From: a virus
Lineage: Duplodnaviria > Caudoviricetes
Direction: 5' to 3' (one strand)
DNA length: 64,000 nucleotides
Virus record (IMG/VR): IMGVR_UViG_3300025809_001850
Made by a program: the position numbers and the translations under genes. A model generated the notes under the pieces. The model was not told where the DNA came from. It was given only the letters and a program-made list of their open reading frames with translations, and did not search any database. Below are positions 40,161 to 48,580 of the stretch, one piece after another (the stretch's first letter is position 1; every line of letters begins with the position of its first letter).

Positions 40161-40888
40161 AAATATCGTTTTTGACTTCTTGTATGGATAGATGCCACCA
40201 TCTAAAAAAGACTTATTTGAAGAACATTGAGAATAGCAAACCAACTTCGAACTGCGAAGTAGAGTTTGTGCTATTAAACTACAACTCCAAGGATGATTTA
40301 ACATCTTGGGTAGAAAAAACCAAGTTTTCTCAGAACTTTAGATTTTTGACAACCGACAAACCAACACAATTCAGTATGTCAAAAACAAAAAACATACTTG
40401 GTCGAAATGCAACCGGTGATATATTGTGTTGGTTGGATGCCGATAACTACACTCAACATGGTTTTGTTGATTATGTTGTGTCTGTATATACAAAGCAACC
40501 AAACTCTGCGTTGCGTGTCACGTGGAGCAATCAAACACAAGGAATGTGTGGGCGTGTCGTGTGTCGTAAGTCAGATTTTATTAAAATCGGTGGTTATGAT
40601 GAGCAACTAACTGGTTGGGGATACGAAGAACTTGACTTTTGCAAACGACTAGAAAAAACAGGAATCAATATGATTGAATTACCGTATCCGTTTCTTGGTA
40701 AAATCCAACATACGGACGCAGATAGGTTCAAAAATTATCCAACGAATTTGGTTGAGAAGTTGCCAAGTAATCATATATGTAGTCAAATGAATACCAAGTC
40801 AAATTATTTGAACTTCAAACTCAGTGAAAAAAACATCAAAAGAAATAAATTTATAGCAAACAAAAACTCTGATTGGGGTATTATATAA
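40157..40888 (+). CDS. GT2/GT7-C-like glycosyltransferase
   Basis: SCMDR, FSMSKTKN, CWLDADN, IGGYDEQLTGWGYEELD. Confidence 0.75.
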   Translation: MKISFLTSCMDRCHHLKKTYLKNIENSKPTSNCEVEFVLLNYNSKDDLTSWVEKTKFSQNFRFLTTDKPTQFSMSKTKNILGRNATGDILCWLDADNYTQHGFVDYVVSVYTKQPNSALRVTWSNQTQGMCGRVVCRKSDFIKIGGYDEQLTGWGYEELDFCKRLEKTGINMIELPYPFLGKIQHTDADRFKNYPTNLVEKLPSNHICSQMNTKSNYLNFKLSEKNIKRNKFIANKNSDWGII

Positions 40889-40925
40889 ATTATAAAAACT
40901 CCTTTGTTGTATATTTATTATATTA

Positions 40926-41462
40926 ATGGGAGCATCATCTAAAGATAAAGGAAACGCATGGGAACTTGAAGTAGCAAAGTTCCTTGAAGAAAACTTCGAA
41001 GGTAAGTTTAGTCGTGTTCCTAGATCAGGAGCAATGTTCGGTGGAGAAAATGCGGAAAACGCAGAAGGAGAGCGTTCAGATGTCGTTGAAATACTCACAG
41101 GAGACATTATCACACCAAAAGACTTTCCGTTTACCATTGAAGCAAAGCATTATGATGACTTTAAGTTTTCTCATTTGATACAAGGTGAAAACAAATTACT
41201 TGACGGGTGGTTGGAGTCTGCAATTAAAGACGCAGACCTTGCCAAGAGACTTCCTATGATAATGGCAAAGTTTAGTTACATTGGAAGTTATGTTGTGTTT
41301 GATTACCGAGTAGTGAAATCTGACAATGGAATATGTCCGAGTACATATTTTGAAAATCATTTGATATACAAACGAAAATGGTTGATGATTTCATTTGATG
41401 AATTTGTAAACGTTAAAAACATAATTGTGGATATGGCACGATTGAAACTTATATCAGACTGA
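40926..41462 (+). CDS. phage Holliday-junction resolvase (PD-(D/E)xK)
   Basis: SKDKGNAWELEVAK, RVPRSGA, GDII, TIEAKHY. Confidence 0.75.
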   Translation: MGASSKDKGNAWELEVAKFLEENFEGKFSRVPRSGAMFGGENAENAEGERSDVVEILTGDIITPKDFPFTIEAKHYDDFKFSHLIQGENKLLDGWLESAIKDADLAKRLPMIMAKFSYIGSYVVFDYRVVKSDNGICPSTYFENHLIYKRKWLMISFDEFVNVKNIIVDMARLKLISD

Positions 41463-41464
41463 TC

Positions 41465-41590
41465 ATGTATCATACGATTTTGGCATTTTTATTTTACTTA
41501 CATCTAATTCTGGGTGGATTGATTATATTCGGTTTTCTTGGAAGTGTATTATATACTTCATGTACGAATATGTTGCAATGGATAAGTTAA
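41465..41590 (+). CDS. small membrane protein (41 aa), not in ORF track
   Basis: MYHTILAFLFYLHLILGGLIIFGFLGSVLYTSCTNMLQWIS; starts 2 nt after the resolvase stop. Confidence 0.5.
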   Translation: MYHTILAFLFYLHLILGGLIIFGFLGSVLYTSCTNMLQWIS

Positions 41591-41718
41591 TTGAGATATT
41601 AAAATTTTTTGGTATACTGATACTGATAATCATACCTGTGGTTGTATTTTGGTACATATTATCAATGTACATGATCACAATCAATCTATTTGAGTTTTTC
41701 ATTGGAATCTTCTCATAA
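41578..41718 (+). CDS. small membrane protein (46 aa), not in ORF track
   Basis: MDKLIEILKFFGILILIIIPVVVFWYILSMYMITINLFEFFIGIFS; overlaps the previous ORF. Confidence 0.5.
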   Translation: MDKLIEILKFFGILILIIIPVVVFWYILSMYMITINLFEFFIGIFS

Positions 41719-41758
41719 TAAAATTATAAAAACTAATATATACCATAGTTATTATAAT

Positions 41759-42241
41759 ATGAAGAAAGTAATATTTATCGGCAACGGAGATATGTATCGC
41801 AGTAAATTTGCGGAAGCATATTTTAACAATTTGGGCAAGTTAGAGTGTTTGTTTATGTTGAATACTCATGGAATGGGACGGTATCCCAGTTCAAGGTATC
41901 CAGCTGCATATAGCAGTAACATTGAGTTGACTGATTCGGTTGAGTTGAATGAGTTTTCAAAACAAGTATGTGATAGTTACTTGATGTTCGGAAATGATTG
42001 CTATTCTAAAGAACATACAGCTATATCAGACGAAGATTTTTCACATTGTGATATTATCGTGGTGGTAAGTGAAACAGAACAAAAAGATTTTATGATGAAA
42101 AACTATGAACAATATGCAGACAAAATGCAGTTCTGGAACATCAAGAAAGTTGCAGGTGACGAAAACGTAAAAACGAAAGTCACTTCAAGCATACGAAATA
42201 AAGTAAAAGAACTTTATGAAGATGTAACCAAAAAAAAGTAA
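41759..42241 (+). CDS. LMW-PTP/arsenate-reductase-fold protein with degenerate active site
   Basis: FIGNGDMYRSKFAEAYFN where CxxNxxRS is expected; DIIVVV..; FWNIKK in place of WxxxDP. Confidence 0.65.
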   Translation: MKKVIFIGNGDMYRSKFAEAYFNNLGKLECLFMLNTHGMGRYPSSRYPAAYSSNIELTDSVELNEFSKQVCDSYLMFGNDCYSKEHTAISDEDFSHCDIIVVVSETEQKDFMMKNYEQYADKMQFWNIKKVAGDENVKTKVTSSIRNKVKELYEDVTKKK

Positions 42242-42258
42242 ACACATATTTATAATAG

Positions 42259-42699
42259 ATGATGATAAACCAAACAATCAAGCATATTCGTGCATTTGAT
42301 AATTTTTCCACCGACAAACGAGTGGTTTTAAATTATACATCAAGTGCCAAAGAAATTGATGGAATCAATCGCAGTGCGGTTGATTCATTTTTTGCGTTTT
42401 GCAAACAAGAAGGTTGTTTAATATCAATGAGTGATTTTTCGTTGAAAAGCATGGCAGGAGACTCAATTTCTAGGTTTGAGGGAACATATTTCAATATAAA
42501 ATATGTTGAAACCACAGGTCAAAGAGAAATTTTGTTTGAAACCAAGTTTCCATCTGAGTCTGTTAAAATACTTTTTTTGAACCGAAACAAATCGGTTCGC
42601 GTGATAGAAAACACTTTTGATAAAAATCAAATAAAAGGTTCTTTGTTCAAACGAACTATTACAGAACTACCAAACTTACAATATATAGAGAGAATTTAA
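42259..42699 (+). CDS. hypothetical protein
   Basis: 146-aa ORF with upstream TATTTAT motif. Confidence 0.6.
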   Translation: MMINQTIKHIRAFDNFSTDKRVVLNYTSSAKEIDGINRSAVDSFFAFCKQEGCLISMSDFSLKSMAGDSISRFEGTYFNIKYVETTGQREILFETKFPSESVKILFLNRNKSVRVIENTFDKNQIKGSLFKRTITELPNLQYIERI

Positions 42700-42721
42700 T
42701 TATAATAACTGGAGATTAAAA

Positions 42722-45700
42722 ATGGCAGAGGGAAAGAAAATTAGTGAATTGACAAAGGTATCTGAAATTTCTGATAACGATGAATTGCTTATGGTGAACA
42801 AAGAAGTCACCTCAGGCGATGACGCAGGTTCAGAAGGACAGACGAGTATAATCACATTTAGTGATTTAAAAGATGCAATTGGTTCACAAGGTCCTATGGG
42901 CCCAGCTGGACAAGTAGGTGACACAGGTCCTGCAGGACCTAAAGGTGAACCAGGTGATTCTGCGTTTGCAATCAATGATGGAAAGGTTTCACTTGGTGAC
43001 AACCACATCGGCATCGGAACAACTGATGCTCAAGTACCTTTACACATTTCAGGTAAACGACCTGCAATTAGACTGACCGACACGGAGTTACCAGGTACGG
43101 CAAACTTTGAAATAGTAAACAATGGTGATAAATTAGCATTTTTTAATCATCCAGGTTCTACCATTCTGGCTCTTACTGCCGATGGATCACTTGGTGTTGG
43201 AACTGAGACTCCTGCAGCTCGTTTACACATAGATGATAAGCACACAAACCAAGCAAGTGCTTCTGGTCAACTTTTGTTGAGCAATGGTGCAGCTAATGGT
43301 GGAAAGTGGGGAATTGGTACAACTGCTGATCAATGGAACATCGGTGGAGGTGGTAAGTTAGGATTTTTTGCTGACAATAATGCTGATGACGCACGTGTTG
43401 TATTTACACAAGACGGCCATGTTGGTATCGGTACATCTGATCCAGAGTGGCTACTTGACTTGCAGGGAAAAAACAGTACTGTACAACTTCATATGAGTCG
43501 TTCGGGGGATAACGTCGGTGAAGCATGGATGGGTGCAAACGAAAGTGGTTTTCATTTAGGTGTCGGTGAATATGGTGTGGGTAACGATCAATTAACACCA
43601 AACGGATTTTCAGTTTCTACACAAGGAAATGCAACTTTCAAAGGTAACATTGAAGCAAAATCATTTTCAATTGGTGGTACATCAGTCGGAGCAGCCGATT
43701 TAAAAGGACCAAAGGGAGACACAGGTCCTGTTGGTGCAACCGGTGCAGACGGAGTAGATGGTGAAGACGCATTTGCAAATCGTCATCTTGATCTTGCAAC
43801 CGATGGTCCTTTGGGTATGTCAATCGCATCTCCAAGTGGTCATAGTTTTTCTAAAACATCAGGTGACCAGCAATGGAACGCAGCTGTACATTCAAAAGTA
43901 GGATTTACAGGAGGATGCTATATAGCATTTGCTTCTTCATACAACAACAAGTATTTTATGATGGGTCTTTCCCAAGACGTAAATCGTGGAACAAATAGTG
44001 GTGATCATTATGACGGCATAGATTTCGCATGGTATTGTGCAAACGGTGTTGCTCAAATTTACGAAAGTGGATCAAACAAAGGATCGTTTGGTGCATATAG
44101 TGCAGGAGACAATTTTACTATTACATACGACAACGAAACTATTCGTTATTTCGTAAATGGTTCAGAAAAACGAGCAGTTCCTGTTGGAGAAAATAAAACA
44201 TTTTATTTAGATTCATCTGTGTATCATGTTGCAAACAACATAACAAAGTATCTTCATTTTGCACCAATGGCATCAAGGGGTGCAGTTGGAATGACAGGTC
44301 CTCAAGGTCCTATCGGTGCAGAAGGTCCCAGTGGAGTTCAAGGTGAAAAAGGTAACGCAGGTGAAAAAGGTGAACCAGGAGTTGCGGGTAACCCAATGTC
44401 TGTTGCAGAACCAATTAATCGTTGGGATGCATCTAACTATTCAACTGGTGCATTGTTGTATCCATTAAAAGGGTCTGCTCAACTGAATGTTGTAGGAAAC
44501 GTTATTACAACTGACGATGAACGAGGAAAAGTATTTGAATTTCCTGCGGTTCCTGGTGGATTAAACAAAACACAATTATGGTCACCTGATATTTGGGATG
44601 CAGAAATTGCAGATGGAACATTTTCGTGGTCTGTGTGGGTAAAACCAAGATCACTCAACGCAACGACAGATGATACAAAAGGACATGGATCAGTAATTGC
44701 TAAATGGAATACGGCAAGTCCGGTGGACGGTGGAAATAATTCATTTATTTGTTATGCTAACGGAACATTCGTATCATCATTTTCATATTCAACAACTCCT
44801 CTTAATAATTGGACACCTGAATTAAACAAATGGACACATTTAACATGGACATTAAATAATGGAGTGTGTACGTTATATGCAAATGGAAAACTCATTCCAA
44901 CTGTATCAAGTCCTGCCGTGGCATCCTCCGACTACCGAGTAACAGAAAGTTCATATAATCCTGCAACGATGGGTGATTCAAACTTTATGTCTACAATACA
45001 ATCACAGGGAGACCTAATTTATATAGAAGATTTGCTCGCAGACCCAAGTATTATTACCAAAATCGGAGCATCTGAGTTAAATAATGTAGGAATGGTTGTG
45101 CGTGATCCTAGCAAGTTAAGTAAACTGAACGGAACTACACGTACACTTTACTATGATCAAACAAGTCCTTCTCTTAAACGTAATTATTATTTACAAACAG
45201 GAACAAGTGGACTTACACACACATACAATGGAAGTCATCCATTTAGTGAATATAATTTATACATTAAATCTTGGACTGGTTCATATCAGTATCTTGTTTC
45301 TGATCCAATCGTGTCCAACGGTTCCAGTCCACAACACCAATTCAAAAATAGTTCAGAGAGAATCCGTGTAGGAGCTCTTTCTTCACGTGGGCATTATCAG
45401 TTTAATGGTAGCATCGATGATGTTAAGTTTTACGATGTTGCACTTGATGAAGGTGAAGTTTATTTTGCTTACAATGGTATCGGTGGTGGAGGACTTGTGG
45501 GTCCTCAAGGTCCTGCGGGTATCGGAGAACCAGGAGAAAAAGGTGACATAGGTCCTCAAGGTCCTGCTGGAATTCAAGGTGAACGTGGTCAAGAAGGTAT
45601 TCCTGGAACACCCGGTGAACCAGGTGAACCAGGTGATAAAGGTGATAAAGGTGATAAAGGTGATAAAGGTGATTCAACTCTTATGAATTTTGCGTCCAAT

Positions 45701-48526
45701 GTAAATTGGGAAATCGCAACTAATAGACCAACTTATTCATCTCAAGATGGTGATTTGTTTGGTGTTAATGGAACAGCTGCGGAAAACTCGGTGGCATGGG
45801 GAAATGATCCATTTGGTCGTAGAGTCAAAATTTGGAAAGCAAGAAACAATGACGCAGCTTCCAATGCAGATGGTGGATGGGGAAAAATCATCAAGGGACT
45901 TAAGAAAAATGCAGGATATATGTCTGTTGTTTATATTCGTAGAAATGGAACAAGCACAAATGGTAGATTTTATCATGGATGCAAACAAGGCACAGATACA
46001 CTCAACTTGGATGGTACACCAAATGGAAATCCATATTTTCATTATCCAACAATCGGTGAATTGCCACAAGACAAATGGTTATTGTCGGTAGGATTTATTC
46101 GTGCTAATAATGATACAAGTACAACTCAGTCTGGATTAAGTGGAATATACGATGTTACAACAGGTAAAAAACTTACATTGTCGAGAAGTTTCGGTGATTA
46201 TAAAATGGGAACATCGGGTGTACAATCACATAGAACTTATTTGTATTACTCAACAAACGGAAATGATTCAATTGATTGGACATTACCTGGTTTTTACGAA
46301 CTTGGTAGTGATGCTCCTACAATAAACGATCTATTGAAAATAGGTGGTGGAGGTGGTGCTTCTGCGGTATCCACCAACTATCAAGTAACAGAAAGTTCAT
46401 ATAATCCTGCAACGATGGGTGATTCAAACTTTATGTCTACAATACAATCACAGGGAGACCTAATTTATATAGAAGATTTGCTCGCAGACCCAAGTATTAT
46501 TACCAAAATCGGAGCATCTGAGTTAAATAATGTAGGAATGGTTGTGCGTGATCCTAGCAAGTTAAGTAAACTGAACGGAACTACACTATCACTTTACTAT
46601 GATCAAACAGATCAAGGTCTAAAACGTAATTATTATTTACAAACAGGAACAAGTGGACTTACACACACATACAATGGAAGTCATCCATTTAGTGAATATA
46701 ATTTATACATTAAATCTTGGACTGGTTCATATCAGTATCTTGTTTTATCTGCAACCGGAGGAGTGCCTGGTGCAAGAGGCCCACAAGGGGAACAAGGTCC
46801 TCCCGGTGACGTCCGAGAATTAGCAAGCACAACACTTCCAAGTCTGAAAACTCAAGCACTTACTATGGAAGGTGACATTCGCATGGCACAACATAGTGTG
46901 CGTTTTGGAAATGCTTCAACACGAATCTTTGATTCAAGTGGAACTCCACACTACTACTCAGCATCTGCCGTTCATAACTTTAATAGTTCGGATGGTGGGA
47001 AGGCAACTGTTAATGTGAATACAATTTCTACTGCAAAATTTAGTAGTTCTGCAATGAAGTTTGGTGAAAAGGACAAAGAAACACAAGTAGATTTCTTGGG
47101 AACGTTGACTTGTGGCAATGTTGTAATAAATAAAAGTGGTCATCAGATGTATGGTGGTTCTCAGATTACTTCTATGTCGGAAAACAACGGCGCAGGAAAT
47201 CATCTTTATACCACAAATGATGGTGTGTTTCATATACAACCAAGAGAACGTAATGGTAACAATGATAAACTTGCAAGAGTTTCTTTTAATAGTCGTTTAA
47301 GAATTGATACGTCCGATAGAGCAAATACATACATTACTGCTCATACGAATCCATCACGTGATCCTGGCACTTCGCAAGACGGTCCTAGAACACTACATTT
47401 GGAAGCACCAAAGGGTGACATCAATATCCGAGCAGGTGATGGTTCACGTGGTTGGGGTACAATCATGCTTCGTGCAAGAGGGTACGTATCAACTATGGGT
47501 ATCTCAAAGAAACCAAATGAATATTTTGGAAATCCTTGGTTTTCTTCAAAAAATGCCGCCAGAGAAACGATAATTAGAATTATGGGTGGAGCAATGTTCC
47601 CTGAGAAGGGTCATACTGATCTCGGAACACCGAACTTTGAGTATCGTTTTGATACGTTGTATGCAAAGAATCACATAGATACCGGTTCTGACAAACGTCT
47701 TAAACGACAAATTGAAAAATCAGATTTGGGACTTGAGTTTATTACAAAACTTAAACCAGTTAAATACAAGTATAAGTCCGAGAAAATCAAAGACCAGGAG
47801 ACCGGAAAAGTTCAGACTATTGATCACAATCGTTTTCACTACGGATTGATTGCTCAAGATGTCAAGGAAGCACTTGGTGATACGGATTTCAGTGGATATG
47901 TTGATCCTGCTCATGGTGGTGAAGAACTGCCTGAAAAAGATGCTATGTTAGGTCTTCGTTATGGTGAGTTTATTTCACCTATGATTATGGCAATTAAACA
48001 ACTTGATAGAAAACTTGATAAACTTGAAACTGCGGATGTAAACAAGAAGAAGAGAATTGGTGACCTTGAACAGAAACTTGAGAAGAAGCATAAAATGCAA
48101 ATGCAGAAAATCAAGGATATAGAAACAAGTGAAACTACAACAGAATCAGAACCTGTGTTGACCGCTAAAGAACTGGACGCAAGGGTAGAAGAAAAGTTCA
48201 AGTCAGCAGAAGCAGAACGAGAAACTAGATTGCGTGAAATGGAAGAACACCTTGAAACCACACGAAAAGAGTTGGCATTGGAATTTCCTTCTCATTGGGG
48301 TGATCAACCCGAAATGGAAACCAACGATTATGTGAAGTTACCAGGTCATTATGGATGGGGTAGTTCAACACTTAAAAATTGGATTGAAGTTAATATGCAG
48401 TCTGACAGAAATGAAATGGATGAATCAAAAACTCTTAACCTAAAGATTTTGGATACTCTTAAAACAATAAACGAAAGATTAACAAGACTGGAAGGCAATT
48501 CTGATCCAGAAACACAAGAACTATAA
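42722..48526 (+). CDS. long tail fibre/spike protein with collagen-like segments, LamG domain and peptidase-S74 chaperone
   Basis: N-terminal KKISEL, VGIGT repeats, five Gly-X-Y runs, LamG (WTHLTWT..LYANG..FNGSIDDVKFY), GSDKRLK..LKPVKY..YGLIAQDV..LRYGEFI. Confidence 0.85.
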   Translation: MAEGKKISELTKVSEISDNDELLMVNKEVTSGDDAGSEGQTSIITFSDLKDAIGSQGPMGPAGQVGDTGPAGPKGEPGDSAFAINDGKVSLGDNHIGIGTTDAQVPLHISGKRPAIRLTDTELPGTANFEIVNNGDKLAFFNHPGSTILALTADGSLGVGTETPAARLHIDDKHTNQASASGQLLLSNGAANGGKWGIGTTADQWNIGGGGKLGFFADNNADDARVVFTQDGHVGIGTSDPEWLLDLQGKNSTVQLHMSRSGDNVGEAWMGANESGFHLGVGEYGVGNDQLTPNGFSVSTQGNATFKGNIEAKSFSIGGTSVGAADLKGPKGDTGPVGATGADGVDGEDAFANRHLDLATDGPLGMSIASPSGHSFSKTSGDQQWNAAVHSKVGFTGGCYIAFASSYNNKYFMMGLSQDVNRGTNSGDHYDGIDFAWYCANGVAQIYESGSNKGSFGAYSAGDNFTITYDNETIRYFVNGSEKRAVPVGENKTFYLDSSVYHVANNITKYLHFAPMASRGAVGMTGPQGPIGAEGPSGVQGEKGNAGEKGEPGVAGNPMSVAEPINRWDASNYSTGALLYPLKGSAQLNVVGNVITTDDERGKVFEFPAVPGGLNKTQLWSPDIWDAEIADGTFSWSVWVKPRSLNATTDDTKGHGSVIAKWNTASPVDGGNNSFICYANGTFVSSFSYSTTPLNNWTPELNKWTHLTWTLNNGVCTLYANGKLIPTVSSPAVASSDYRVTESSYNPATMGDSNFMSTIQSQGDLIYIEDLLADPSIITKIGASELNNVGMVVRDPSKLSKLNGTTRTLYYDQTSPSLKRNYYLQTGTSGLTHTYNGSHPFSEYNLYIKSWTGSYQYLVSDPIVSNGSSPQHQFKNSSERIRVGALSSRGHYQFNGSIDDVKFYDVALDEGEVYFAYNGIGGGGLVGPQGPAGIGEPGEKGDIGPQGPAGIQGERGQEGIPGTPGEPGEPGDKGDKGDKGDKGDSTLMNFASNVNWEIATNRPTYSSQDGDLFGVNGTAAENSVAWGNDPFGRRVKIWKARNNDAASNADGGWGKIIKGLKKNAGYMSVVYIRRNGTSTNGRFYHGCKQGTDTLNLDGTPNGNPYFHYPTIGELPQDKWLLSVGFIRANNDTSTTQSGLSGIYDVTTGKKLTLSRSFGDYKMGTSGVQSHRTYLYYSTNGNDSIDWTLPGFYELGSDAPTINDLLKIGGGGGASAVSTNYQVTESSYNPATMGDSNFMSTIQSQGDLIYIEDLLADPSIITKIGASELNNVGMVVRDPSKLSKLNGTTLSLYYDQTDQGLKRNYYLQTGTSGLTHTYNGSHPFSEYNLYIKSWTGSYQYLVLSATGGVPGARGPQGEQGPPGDVRELASTTLPSLKTQALTMEGDIRMAQHSVRFGNASTRIFDSSGTPHYYSASAVHNFNSSDGGKATVNVNTISTAKFSSSAMKFGEKDKETQVDFLGTLTCGNVVINKSGHQMYGGSQITSMSENNGAGNHLYTTNDGVFHIQPRERNGNNDKLARVSFNSRLRIDTSDRANTYITAHTNPSRDPGTSQDGPRTLHLEAPKGDINIRAGDGSRGWGTIMLRARGYVSTMGISKKPNEYFGNPWFSSKNAARETIIRIMGGAMFPEKGHTDLGTPNFEYRFDTLYAKNHIDTGSDKRLKRQIEKSDLGLEFITKLKPVKYKYKSEKIKDQETGKVQTIDHNRFHYGLIAQDVKEALGDTDFSGYVDPAHGGEELPEKDAMLGLRYGEFISPMIMAIKQLDRKLDKLETADVNKKKRIGDLEQKLEKKHKMQMQKIKDIETSETTTESEPVLTAKELDARVEEKFKSAEAERETRLREMEEHLETTRKELALEFPSHWGDQPEMETNDYVKLPGHYGWGSSTLKNWIEVNMQSDRNEMDESKTLNLKILDTLKTINERLTRLEGNSDPETQEL
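44938..45299 (+). repeat. 362-bp internal direct repeat, copy 1 (copy 2 at 46384-46745)
   Basis: Read base by base: identical except 10 substitutions in 45141-45175. Confidence 0.95.
46384..46745 (+). repeat. 362-bp internal direct repeat, copy 2
   Basis: Offset 1446 bp from copy 1; in frame. Confidence 0.95.
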
Positions 48527-48529
48527 TTT

Positions 48530-48566
48530 AAAAATGGAGGAGGTCTAAATCCTCCTCCATTTTTTC
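48530..48566 (+). terminator. intrinsic (probably bidirectional) terminator
   Basis: aaaaATGGAGGAGG-tctaaat-CCTCCTCCATtttttt right after the fibre stop. Confidence 0.85.
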
Positions 48567-48580
48567 AGGAGACAACAGAG

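Noticed and set aside
44938-45299. Intein in the fibre LamG domain
   Set aside because: No N-terminal Cys/Ser splice motif or terminal His-Asn
45632-45672. 9-bp GGTGATAAA repeat as a DNA element
   Set aside because: Explained by GDK collagen triplets
44938-46745. Diversity-generating retroelement TR/VR pair
   Set aside because: Mismatches are not restricted to adenines in either copy, both copies are in frame in one gene, and no reverse transcriptase is in the window
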